Assembly: GCF_900289195.1 (NCBI RefSeq)
Contig: NZ_OMOH01000011.1
Location: 30,001 to 62,000, forward strand
Reading direction: 5' to 3'
From: Propionibacterium ruminifibrarum
GTDB taxonomy: Bacteria; Actinomycetota; Actinomycetes; Propionibacteriales; Propionibacteriaceae
DNA length: 32,000 bases
How positions within the stretch are numbered: position 1 is the first letter of the stretch; each line of letters opens with the position of its first letter. The notes beneath the pieces were generated by a model. It saw nothing but the letters and a program-made list of their open reading frames with translations, was not told the DNA's origin and made no database searches. Made by a program: the position numbers and the translations under genes. Shown here piece by piece: positions 24,236 through 32,000 of the stretch.

Positions 24236-24933
24236 GCACCCATCCGACCACCCGCCCGACCGGCTGGACGCTGGCCGTCGACACGTCGACCGTCGTCACC
24301 GCCGGCCTGGCCCGCGACGGCCGGACGGTCGCCTCCGAACAGGTGGGCGACAACCACGCCCACGCCGAACTGCTCGTGCCGACCATCCAGGTGATCCTGG
24401 CGGACGCGGGCATCGGCTGGGCCGAGCTCGCCGCGATCGGCGTCGGGGTCGGGCCGGGCCCGTTCACCGGGCTGCGGGTGGGCGTGGCCACCGCCGTCAC
24501 CGCCGGCATCGCGGCGGGCGTGCCCGTCACCGGCGTGTGCAGCCTCGACGTCATCGCCGCCCAGTGGGCCGCCCAGGGCGCCCCGGCCGAGTTCATCATC
24601 GCCTCCGACGCCCGCCGCAAGGAGCTCTACTGGGCCGCCTACCGTGATGGACGTCGCGTCGGCCAACCGCAGGTGAGCGCCCCGGCAGCCCTCCCCGAAC
24701 AGCCCACCGCCGGGCCCGGCGTGCACGTCTACCCGGACCTGCTCGCCCCCCGCCGCCCCGGCGACGCGCCGCTCGGGCTCGACGCGGGCTTCCTCGCCGC
24801 CCACCTGCACGAGCTGCCCGACGCCGGGCTCGAACCGCTGTACCTGCGCACACCCGACGCCGCACCGCCCACCGCGCGCAAATCGGCGCTCACCGGACGC
24901 CGCCACCGCCTACGCCCCGGGGCCGCCCGGTGA
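24232..24933 (+). CDS. tsaB: tRNA t6A complex dimerization subunit TsaB (YeaZ)
   Basis: TLAVDTSTVVTAGLAR..., HAELLVPTI, IGVGVGPGPFTGLRVGVATA. ATGA overlap with tsaE and GTGA overlap with rimI. Confidence 0.85.
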   Translation: MSTHPTTRPTGWTLAVDTSTVVTAGLARDGRTVASEQVGDNHAHAELLVPTIQVILADAGIGWAELAAIGVGVGPGPFTGLRVGVATAVTAGIAAGVPVTGVCSLDVIAAQWAAQGAPAEFIIASDARRKELYWAAYRDGRRVGQPQVSAPAALPEQPTAGPGVHVYPDLLAPRRPGDAPLGLDAGFLAAHLHELPDAGLEPLYLRTPDAAPPTARKSALTGRRHRLRPGAAR

Positions 24934-25442
24934 ACGCCGCCGTCGGCCTGCCCGCGAGGCGCGACGAACGCCTCGGCGCCGCCCACCTGCCCGGCCTGCT
25001 CGCCCTGGAGGAGTCCGGCTTCCCCCCGCGCGAACGCTGGAGCGGGCGGTCGTGGACGAGTGAACTCGCCCGCCCCGGCAACCTGGCGCTGGGGGTGTAC
25101 TCCGGTGAACAGCTGGTCGCCGCCGGCATCATCGGGGTGCTCTTCGGCGACGCCGAGCTGCTGCGCATCGTCGTCGCACCGGCCCACCGCGGCCAGGGCG
25201 TGGCAGCCGGCCTGCTCGCCCGGCTGCTCGCCGAGGCCGCCTCGGCCGGGGCCTGCCGGATGCTGCTGGAGGTGCGCCACGACAACACGGCAGCGCTCGC
25301 CCTCTACGAGCGGGCCGGCTTCACCCGCATCGACGTGCGAGCCGACTACTACGGGCCGGGGGCCGACGCCCTCGTCATGGCGGCACCGATCAGTCCGCCG
25401 GACACGACCAGCCCCGACACGGGCGAAGGAGGACGACCATGA
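24930..25442 (+). CDS. rimI: Ribosomal-protein-alanine N-acetyltransferase RimI (GNAT)
   Basis: [43 protein letters not shown]. It occupies the conserved position between tsaB and tsaD. Confidence 0.85.
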   Translation: MNAAVGLPARRDERLGAAHLPGLLALEESGFPPRERWSGRSWTSELARPGNLALGVYSGEQLVAAGIIGVLFGDAELLRIVVAPAHRGQGVAAGLLARLLAEAASAGACRMLLEVRHDNTAALALYERAGFTRIDVRADYYGPGADALVMAAPISPPDTTSPDTGEGGRP

Positions 25443-26506
25443 GCGAACCGCTCGTCCTGGGCATCGAGTCCAGCTGCGACGAGACATCGGTGGGCATCGT
25501 GCGCGGCGAGCAGCTGCTCGCCAACGAGGTCGCCAGCTCCATGGAGCTGCACGCCCGCTTCGGCGGCGTCGTGCCCGAGGTCGCCTCGCGCGCCCACCTG
25601 GAGGCCATCGGCCCCACCCTGCGCCGCGCGGTCGAGACCGCCGACATCGACCTGTCCGAACTCGACGCCGTCGCCGTCACCGCCGGGCCGGGCCTCATGG
25701 GCTCCCTCGTCGTCGGGCTGGCCGCGGCGAAGACCCTCGCCGCGGTCCTCGGCAAGCCGCTGTACGGGCTCAACCACCTCGTCGGCCATGTCGCCGTCGA
25801 CCTGCTCGACCATCCCGCCGGGGAACCGGCCAGGCCCCTGGCCCGGCCGACCCTCGCCCTGCTCGTCTCGGGCGGGCACACCCAGCTGCTCACGGTGGGG
25901 GACATCACCGGCGACGTCGCCGAGATCGGCACGACGATCGACGACGCCGCCGGCGAGGCCTACGACAAGGTCGCCCGGCTGCTCGGCCTGCCCTACCCGG
26001 GCGGCCCGGTCATCGACGAGGCCGCCCAGGGGGGCGACCCGGAGGCCATCCGGTTCCCGCGGGGCCTCACCGCGCCCCACGACATGGCGCGGCACCGGTT
26101 CGACTACTCCTTCTCCGGCCTCAAGACGGCCGTCGCACGCTGGGTCGAGACGCGGCGCCTCGAGGGCGGTGAGATCCCGGTCGCCGACGTCGCCGCCTCC
26201 TTCCAGGAGGCCGTCGCCGACGTCATCACCGCCAAGGCCGTCGACGCCGCCCGGCACCACGGCATCGAGCACATGATCATCGGCGGGGGAGTGGCGGCGA
26301 ACTCGCGGCTGCGCGGGCTGCTCGGCGAACGCACCGCGGCGGCCGGCATCGAGCTGCGCCGCCCGCGCCCGGGGCTGTGCACCGACAACGGCGCCATGAT
26401 CGCCGTGCTCGGCGCCCAGGTCGTCAAGGCCGGGCTGGAGCCCTCCGGCCTGGGCATCGGCGCCGACTCGGGGCTGCCGGTCGGAACCGTCGTCGTCCGC
26501 GACTGA
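25439..26506 (+). CDS. tsaD: tRNA N6-adenosine threonylcarbamoyltransferase TsaD
   Basis: [90 protein letters not shown] overlap with rimI. Confidence 0.95.
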   Translation: MSEPLVLGIESSCDETSVGIVRGEQLLANEVASSMELHARFGGVVPEVASRAHLEAIGPTLRRAVETADIDLSELDAVAVTAGPGLMGSLVVGLAAAKTLAAVLGKPLYGLNHLVGHVAVDLLDHPAGEPARPLARPTLALLVSGGHTQLLTVGDITGDVAEIGTTIDDAAGEAYDKVARLLGLPYPGGPVIDEAAQGGDPEAIRFPRGLTAPHDMARHRFDYSFSGLKTAVARWVETRRLEGGEIPVADVAASFQEAVADVITAKAVDAARHHGIEHMIIGGGVAANSRLRGLLGERTAAAGIELRRPRPGLCTDNGAMIAVLGAQVVKAGLEPSGLGIGADSGLPVGTVVVRD

Positions 26507-26606
26507 CCCGCCGCCGCAGGCCGGGCCCGACGGCCCGCGGGGCGTGCGTCCGGCGACCGGGGCCGCCGGGTCATGCCCCTGGCGGTTCACCGATACCGTT
26601 GGCCCC

Positions 26607-28448
26607 ATGAGTGCACACACCACTGAGCCCTCCGGTCACATCTGGCGCCGACCGGTGCCGCTGATCGGCGACGCGACGAGCTCGGCCGAACGCGACGACG
26701 ACGTCACCGGCTGGGCGTTCGACGACGCCACCCGCGCCGCCCTGGACCGGGTCATCGGCGCCCGCCGCGACATCCGCCGCTACCGGCCCGACGACGTGGC
26801 CGACGAACTCGTCCGCGCCGTCATCGAGGCGGGCCACGGCGGCCCCAGCGTCGGCCAGTCCCAGCCGTGGCGGTTCATCGTCGTGCGCGACCGCCGCACC
26901 CGCGAGCGCGCCGCCCTCATGGCCGACCGCGAACGGCTGCGCCAGGCCGACGGCCTGACACCCGAACGGAAGTCCCGGCTGCTCGACCTGCAGCTGGAGG
27001 GCATCCGGGAGGCCCCGCTCGGCATCGTCGTGGCCTGCGACCGGCGCACCCCCGCCTCGGGCGTGCTCGGCCGCAACACCTTCCACGACGCCGACCTGTG
27101 GAGCTGCGCCGCCGCCATCGAGAACATGTGGCTGACCGCCCGCGCCGCCGGCCTCGGCATGGGCTGGGTGACACTCATGCGCCCCACCGAGCTCGCCGGT
27201 CTGCTGCACCTGCCCGCCGGCGTCGAGACCCTCGGCTGGCTGTGCCTGGGCTGGCCCGACGAACGCCCGCCCTTCCCCGGGCTGGAGCGGCGCGCCTGGT
27301 CGCACAAGCTGCCCCTGGACGAGGTGATCATGGCCGACCGCTGGCCCGAGAACGCCCCACAGCCGCCGGTGAGCGGGCTGCCCGGCGCCGCGCCGGCCCC
27401 CGAGGCCGCGCCGCCCGCCGCGGTGCCCGAACCCGACCCGTCCTCGCCGCTGTGGAGCGAGATCGCCGCCCCCGACCAGCGCCACGTCGTGGCGGCCCGC
27501 GACCGGGCCGACGACCTGCTCACCCCGCCCGGCTCACTGGGCAAGCTCGACCAGGCGCTCGACCGGATGGTCGCCGTCACCGGTGAGGACGTCACCGGCG
27601 GCACCCTCGTCCTCGTCGCCGCCGACCACCCGATCGTCGAGCACCGGGTCTCGGCCTTCGACCAGTCGGTGACCCGCGAGGTCATGGACGCCGCGGCCGC
27701 CGGCCGCGCGGTCGGCGTCGTCGCCGCGGCCGGCGCCGGCCTGGACACGATCCTCGTCGACGCGGGTGTCGTGGGCGAGCCCCTGGCCGGCGTCGAACAG
27801 CTGCGCCCGGCCGGCCCCCGCGGCGACCTGGTGACCGCCCCGGCCATGACCGGCGAGGACACGGCCCGGCTCATCGCGGCCGGGCGCGAACTGGGCCGGC
27901 GTGCCGCCGCCCGGGGGCTCGTCGTGCTCGGCGAGATCGGCGTGGCCAATACGACGATCGCCTCGGCCCTGGCCTGCGCGCTCACCGGCATCAGCCCCGA
28001 GCAGGCCGTCGGCATCGGGGCCGGCTCGGACGCGGCGATGATCGACCACAAGGCCGAGGTGCTGCGCGCCGTGTTCGGACGCGTCGATCCGCAGGCGCTG
28101 CGCACCGACCCGGCCAGCGCCCTCGCCGAGGTCGGCGGCCCGGAGTTCGCGGTGCTCGCCGGGGTGACGGTCGGTGCCGCCGAGGCCGGTGCGATGGTCG
28201 TGCTGGACGGTCTGGCCACCTCGGTCGCCGCCCTGGCGGCCGTCGAGGTGAACCCGGCCGTCCAGTCCTACCTGGTCGCCGGGCAGGTCAGCCGCGAGTC
28301 CTGCCACCAGGCGGTGCTCACCGAACTGGGCCTGGAGCCGCTGCTCGACCTGCGGCTGCGCGCCGGCGAGGGAGTCGGCGCGTCCCTGGCCGCCCAGCAC
28401 CTGCTCACCGGCCTGGCCGTGCGCCGCGGCGCCGGCCGCACTCGTTGA
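26607..28448 (+). CDS. bluB/cobT: Fusion: 5,6-dimethylbenzimidazole synthase (BluB, nitroreductase-like) + nicotinate-nucleotide--DMB phosphoribosyltransferase (CobT)
   Basis: N-terminal half: RRDIRRYRPD..., GPSVGQSQPWRFIVV, AAIENMWLTARAAGLGMGWV (BluB/nitroreductase fold). After a Pro/Ala linker, the C-terminal half has LTPPGSLGKLD, GEIGVANTTIASAL and GEGVGASLA (CobT). A single ORF. The start is ATG 26607, with GTG 26544 as an alternative. Confidence 0.85.
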   Translation: MSAHTTEPSGHIWRRPVPLIGDATSSAERDDDVTGWAFDDATRAALDRVIGARRDIRRYRPDDVADELVRAVIEAGHGGPSVGQSQPWRFIVVRDRRTRERAALMADRERLRQADGLTPERKSRLLDLQLEGIREAPLGIVVACDRRTPASGVLGRNTFHDADLWSCAAAIENMWLTARAAGLGMGWVTLMRPTELAGLLHLPAGVETLGWLCLGWPDERPPFPGLERRAWSHKLPLDEVIMADRWPENAPQPPVSGLPGAAPAPEAAPPAAVPEPDPSSPLWSEIAAPDQRHVVAARDRADDLLTPPGSLGKLDQALDRMVAVTGEDVTGGTLVLVAADHPIVEHRVSAFDQSVTREVMDAAAAGRAVGVVAAAGAGLDTILVDAGVVGEPLAGVEQLRPAGPRGDLVTAPAMTGEDTARLIAAGRELGRRAAARGLVVLGEIGVANTTIASALACALTGISPEQAVGIGAGSDAAMIDHKAEVLRAVFGRVDPQALRTDPASALAEVGGPEFAVLAGVTVGAAEAGAMVVLDGLATSVAALAAVEVNPAVQSYLVAGQVSRESCHQAVLTELGLEPLLDLRLRAGEGVGASLAAQHLLTGLAVRRGAGRTR

Positions 28449-28951
28449 CAGGTGGTGGTGGCGTGATCTGCCCGCAGCTGACCACCCTGGCCTTCGTCCT
28501 GCACCCCGACGGCGAGCACGTCCTCATGGTGCACCGCATCGCCCGCCCCGACGACGACCAGCTCGGCAAGTACAACGGGCTGGGCGGCAAGGTGGAGCGC
28601 GACGAGGACGTGGCCGCCGGCATGAAGCGCGAGCTGGGGGAGGAGGCCGGCATCGAGGTCGACGAGATGAGGCTGGCCGGCACCGTCAGCTGGCCCGGCT
28701 TCAACCCGGACGGCTCGGACCAGTTCGGTTTCATCTTCCTCGTGCACCGCTGGCACGGCGACATCCCGGCGGCGAACGAGGAGGGCCCGCTCACCTGGGA
28801 ACGCATCGACGAGCTCGGCCGGTTGGACATGTGGGAGGGCGACCGCTACTTCATGCCGCTCGTCTTCGACCCGAAGGTGCCCCAGTTCCACGCCGTCATC
28901 CCCTACGAGAACGGCCGCCCGACCGGCGCCAGCTGGACCGTCCTGGCCTGA
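28445..28951 (+). CDS. NUDIX hydrolase, MutT/MTH1(NUDT1)-like
   Basis: Nudix box GGKVERDEDVAAGMKRELGEEAGI. The C-terminal MWEGDRYFMPLVF...FHAVIPYENG resembles the MTH1 motif MWPDDSYWFPLL..FHGYF. The TTG start at 28445 overlaps the cobT stop (TTGA). GTG 28463 is an alternative. Confidence 0.8.
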   Translation: MTGGGGVICPQLTTLAFVLHPDGEHVLMVHRIARPDDDQLGKYNGLGGKVERDEDVAAGMKRELGEEAGIEVDEMRLAGTVSWPGFNPDGSDQFGFIFLVHRWHGDIPAANEEGPLTWERIDELGRLDMWEGDRYFMPLVFDPKVPQFHAVIPYENGRPTGASWTVLA

Positions 28952-28966
28952 GTCATCCGGCCGGCT

Positions 28967-29169
28967 CCACCCCGGCGCACCCGGCTCATCCGCCCCGGTC
29001 GTCGGCGGCCTGCCGGAGGGTCTCGCGCCACCCCGGCGCACGCGGCTCATCCTCGGCATGCCTGGAGGCCGCAACCATCCGTCTCCGCCGCGCGTGCACG
29101 GCTCCATTCGGCGGGAGCGAGCGGGAGGTCGCGGGTGAGCGGGTCTCGGCTGTGCGTGCACGGCCCCAT
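28967..29169. repeat. Degenerate direct repeats with a period of about 61-62 nt in a long intergenic region
   Basis: CCACCCCGGCGCAC[C/G]CGGCTCATCC occurs at 28967-28991 and 29028-29052 (24 of 25 identical). GCGTGCACGGC[T/C]CCAT occurs at 29092-29107 and 29154-29169 (15 of 16). Both motifs share a GCAC..GGCTC.AT core. Confidence 0.5.
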
Positions 29170-29242
29170 CGGTCGCGCCCCGGTCTGCCGATGACGCCGG
29201 GATCGCCACTGCACACACCCCGGCCCGGCGGGCGTGGGTGCG

Positions 29243-29359
29243 TATTCTAGTGGACCAGCGCGGATCTGTGAAATGACTGGACCACTTGCGTCCACCGGCA
29301 ACGCGCTCACCTATTGTGGGTATCCATACCCCCTTGTCCGGAGCGCCCCTGTGGGCGCT
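29243..29359 (+). promoter_or_regulatory. Candidate promoter/operator/leader region of the opu-like operon
   Basis: TATTCT (29243-29248). TGGACCA direct repeat at 29251-29257 and 29278-29284. TGGAC-N7-GTCCA inverted repeat at 29278-29294. GGGTAT-cc-ATACCC at 29318-29331. Hairpin AGCGCCC-ctgt-GGGCGCT at 29342-29359, just before the SD AGGAGA at 29367-29372. Confidence 0.35.
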
Positions 29360-29375
29360 GACCGTCAGGAGAACC

Positions 29376-30017
29376 ATGGGTGCCTTCATCGCCTCGCGCT
29401 GGGCCGACATCGCGTTCCGCATGTACCAGCACGCCAGCCTCGTCGCCCAGTCGGTGCTGCTGGCCGCCGTCATCGCCGTCGCGTTGGCCGTGGTCGTCAC
29501 GAGCGTGCCCCGGCTCGAGCCCATCGCCAACGCCATCTCGACCATCGGCCTGACGATCCCGTCCTTCGCCCTGCTGGGCCTGTTCATCCCGCTGTTCGGC
29601 ATCGGCACCACCACGTCGGTGGCCGTCGTCACCTTCTACGCGGCACTGCCCATCCTGCGCAACGCGGTGGTGGGGCTGCTCGGCGTCGACCGGGCGCTCC
29701 TCGAGTCCGCCCGCGGCATGGGCATGAAGCCGCTCGCGATCTTCCTGCGCGTGCAGTTGCCGCTGGCCTGGCCCGTCATCCTCACCGGCCTGCGCGTCTC
29801 GACGCAGATGTCGATGGGCGTGGCGGCCATCGCCGCCTACGTGCTCGGCCCCGGGCTCGGCTCCTACATCTTCACCGGACTGGCCCAGATCGGCGGCAGG
29901 AACGCACTCAACTACGCCGTGGTCGGCACTGTCGGTGTCGTGGTCGTCGCACTCATCGCCGACGCCGTACTCGCCCTCATCGGGCGGCTCACCATCTCGA
30001 AGGGAATCCGCGCATGA
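29376..30017 (+). CDS. Glycine betaine/carnitine/choline-type ABC transporter permease (OpuCB/OpuBB-like)
   Basis: 213 aa polytopic permease with the EAA-like loop ALLESARGMGMKPLAIFLRVQLPLAWPVILTGLR. SD AGGAGA lies upstream. ATGA overlap with the ATPase. Confidence 0.85.
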   Translation: MGAFIASRWADIAFRMYQHASLVAQSVLLAAVIAVALAVVVTSVPRLEPIANAISTIGLTIPSFALLGLFIPLFGIGTTTSVAVVTFYAALPILRNAVVGLLGVDRALLESARGMGMKPLAIFLRVQLPLAWPVILTGLRVSTQMSMGVAAIAAYVLGPGLGSYIFTGLAQIGGRNALNYAVVGTVGVVVVALIADAVLALIGRLTISKGIRA

Positions 30018-31240
30018 GCACAGACAGTACCGCCAACGCCAGGGGCAGCGAGATCGTCTTCACCGACGTCGTCAAGCAGTACCCGGGCCAGACCGAGCCG
30101 GCCGTCGACCACCTCAGCCTGGGCATCGACGCCGGCGAGTTCGTCACCTTCGTCGGCCCGTCCGGCTGCGGCAAGACGACGAGCCTCAAGATGATCAACC
30201 GTCTCATCGAACCCACCAGCGGCACGATCACCATCGACGGCCAGGACACCCGCGAACTCGACGCCGACACCCTGCGCCGCCGCATCGGCTACGTCATCCA
30301 GGGCGGCGGGCTCTTCCCGCACATGACCGTCGCAGGCAACATCGCGGTCGTCCCCAATCTGCTCAAGTGGGACAAGAAACGCATCAGGCGGCGCACCGAC
30401 GAACTGCTCGAGCTGGTCGGCCTCGACCCGGCCGTCTACCGAGACCGCTACCCCAGGGAACTGTCCGGGGGTCAGCAGCAGCGCGTCGGCGTCGCCCGGG
30501 GCCTGGCCGCCGACCCGCCCGTCATGCTCATGGATGAGCCCTTCGGCGCGGTCGACCCGATCACCCGCTCGCGCCTGCAGGACGAACTGCTCGACGTGCA
30601 GTCCAAGCTGCACAAGACGATCGTGTGCGTCACCCACGACATCGACGAGGCCATCAAACTCGGCGACCGGATCTGCGTGATGGCCGACCACGGGCGCATC
30701 GCCCAGTACGACACAGCCTCGGAGATCCTCGCCAACCCGGCCGACGATTTCGTCGCGGACTTCACCGGCTCCGGCTCGGCCCTCAAGCAGCTGGCCCTGG
30801 AGAAGGTCTCCTCGATCCGGCTGGAACCGGCCGTCCTGGTCCACGTCGGCGACCCGGTCCCCGATGTGCTGGAGCTGGCGCGCCGGCACGACACCGACCA
30901 GGTCATCGTCCTCGACGCCGACGAGGCCATCGTCGACTGGTACTGGACGATCAACCTGCGCGGGCCCGTCGTGCGCGCCCGGCCGGGCCGCCAGCCCATC
31001 CTGCTCGACGAGGACTCCAGCCTCGACACGGTGCTCGACGCCCTCGTCACCTCGCTGCACGAAGGCGCCATCATCGTCGACGACCACGAGCACTTCCTCG
31101 GTATCGCCACCTTCGACGAGGTGACCGCGCACGTGCGCCGGGTCAACGCCGCCCCCGGAGCGATCGGCGACTTCGACGCCGGACGGACCCACCAGGCGCC
31201 CGCGCCCGACGCCCCGGCCCACGGACAGGAGCGCCCATGA
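30014..31240 (+). CDS. Osmoprotectant ABC transporter ATP-binding protein with C-terminal tandem CBS-like region (OpuCA/OpuBA-like)
   Basis: GPSGCGKTT, LSGGQQQRVGVARGL, MLMDEPFGAVD, VTHDIDEA. The C-terminal region of about 150 aa (…VIVLDADEAIVDW… IIVDDHEHFLGIATFDEV) fits CBS pairs. Confidence 0.9.
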   Translation: MSTDSTANARGSEIVFTDVVKQYPGQTEPAVDHLSLGIDAGEFVTFVGPSGCGKTTSLKMINRLIEPTSGTITIDGQDTRELDADTLRRRIGYVIQGGGLFPHMTVAGNIAVVPNLLKWDKKRIRRRTDELLELVGLDPAVYRDRYPRELSGGQQQRVGVARGLAADPPVMLMDEPFGAVDPITRSRLQDELLDVQSKLHKTIVCVTHDIDEAIKLGDRICVMADHGRIAQYDTASEILANPADDFVADFTGSGSALKQLALEKVSSIRLEPAVLVHVGDPVPDVLELARRHDTDQVIVLDADEAIVDWYWTINLRGPVVRARPGRQPILLDEDSSLDTVLDALVTSLHEGAIIVDDHEHFLGIATFDEVTAHVRRVNAAPGAIGDFDAGRTHQAPAPDAPAHGQERP

Positions 31241-31971
31241 GCCTGGACAGGAACGAACGCCAGCTGTTCTGGGGCATCCCCGTCATCGTCGTCGCCGGAG
31301 CGCTGGGCTGGGTGCTCTGGCGCGCCACGGCCGACCTCGACGACATCGAGTCCCGCCAGCTGGCCTGGGGAACCATCGGCACCCTGCTCGGCCAGCACGT
31401 GGTGCTCACCCTCATCTGCGCCGCCGTCGTGCTGGTCATCGGCGTGCCGCTGGGGATCGCCCTGACCCGGCCCGGCATCCGCCGCGTCACACCGGCCGTG
31501 CTCGCCGTCGCCAACGCCGGCCAGTCCGCGCCGGTCATCGGCCTGATCGTCCTGCTCGCCATGGCCATGGGGTTCGGCACGCCGACCGCCGTCGTCGCGC
31601 TGAGCATTTACGCCTTCCTGCCGGTGCTCGCCAATACGATCACCGGGCTGCAAGGGGTCGACCCGGCCCTGGTTGAGGCCGGCCGGGGCATGGGCATCTC
31701 GTCGATGGGCGTGCTGCTGCGCATCGAACTGCCACTGGCCTCGAAGGTCATCCTCGCCGGCATCCGCACCGCCCTGGTGCTGCTCGTCGGCACCGCCAGT
31801 TTCGCCACCTTCATCAACGCCGGCGGCCTGGGGGCACTCATCCAGACCGGCATCGCCCTGTTCCGCTTCCGCATCCTCATCTCCGGTGCCGTGATCGTGG
31901 CGCTGCTCGCCCTGCTCGTCGAATGGCTCGGGCAGGTCATGGAGATGATCGTCGCACCGAAGGGGCTGTGA
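31237..31971 (+). CDS. Osmoprotectant ABC transporter permease (OpuCD/OpuBD-like)
   Basis: 244 aa polytopic permease with the loop ALVEAGRGMGISSMGVLLRIELPLASKVILAGIR. ATGA overlap with the ATPase. Confidence 0.85.
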   Translation: MSLDRNERQLFWGIPVIVVAGALGWVLWRATADLDDIESRQLAWGTIGTLLGQHVVLTLICAAVVLVIGVPLGIALTRPGIRRVTPAVLAVANAGQSAPVIGLIVLLAMAMGFGTPTAVVALSIYAFLPVLANTITGLQGVDPALVEAGRGMGISSMGVLLRIELPLASKVILAGIRTALVLLVGTASFATFINAGGLGALIQTGIALFRFRILISGAVIVALLALLVEWLGQVMEMIVAPKGL

Positions 31972-31972
31972 C

Positions 31973-32000
31973 ATGAACCACGTGAAGAACCTGGCCGGCC
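31973..32000 (+). CDS. Start of the next operon gene (possibly the substrate-binding lipoprotein), truncated by the window edge
   Basis: The ATG lies 1 nt after the permease stop (MNHVKNLAG...). Only 9 codons are visible, so function is inferred from typical opuC operon content alone. Confidence 0.3.

Noticed and set aside
28831-29310. ORFs inside the long intergenic region before the opu operon: 28831-29250(+) at 139 aa, 28986-29216(-) at 76 aa and 29047-29310(-) at 87 aa.
   Set aside because: They have no SD and give Arg/Pro-rich nonsense-like translations. The first overlaps the NUDIX gene out of frame. The internal DNA repeats explain the apparent periodicity better than coding does.
1-32000. 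A scan of the intergenic regions for tRNA-like T-arm motifs (GGTTCGAATCC-like), regularly spaced CRISPR repeats, and terminal inverted repeats or transposase or integrase ORFs.
   Set aside because: None were seen. The only GTTCGAA string (about 7424) lies inside the EF-G-like coding region, and no mobile-element hallmark flanks the low-GC gene at 22642.

Overview
This is a high-GC (about 70% or more) actinobacterial chromosomal segment, densely packed with conserved housekeeping genes. The BluB-CobT fusion gene points towards Propionibacteriaceae. I see no rRNA or tRNA genes, CRISPR array, transposase, integrase or obvious defence island.

Gene order, left to right:
- A partial membrane protein.
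- An ECF-type transporter module (EcfT, fused double ATPase, S-component-like protein), convergent with a DUF4430-like lipoprotein.
- A minus-strand block: NlpC/P60-like wall hydrolase, EF-G-like GTPase, then trmB-truA-rsmC-like methyltransferase.
- A DUF2207 membrane protein.
- rplM-rpsI-glmM, convergent with coaA.
- glmS-acpS-nnr.
- A DEAD-box helicase with a long Arg/Gly/Asp-rich N-terminus.
- A lower-GC orphan acidic gene.
- The t6A cluster, with a GNAT domain fused to tsaE, followed by tsaB-rimI-tsaD.
- bluB-cobT fusion plus a coupled NUDIX gene.
- An OpuC-type osmoprotectant ABC operon that runs off the right edge.

Many neighbouring genes share 4-nt start/stop overlaps (ATGA, GTGA or TTGA), which suggests translational coupling. 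Most long ORFs in the track that lie antisense or in alternative frames are high-GC artefacts.

I did not find a convincing novel multi-gene system. The items most worth a second look are:
- the low-GC orphan gene at 22642-23127;
- the GNAT-TsaE fusion;
- the ECF/DUF4430 pairing;
- the repeat-rich 425-bp region upstream of the opu operon;
- the forced RG-rich N-terminus of the helicase;
- the AT-rich palindromic promoter island of the wall hydrolase.

All family assignments come from reading motifs by eye. No database search was possible.
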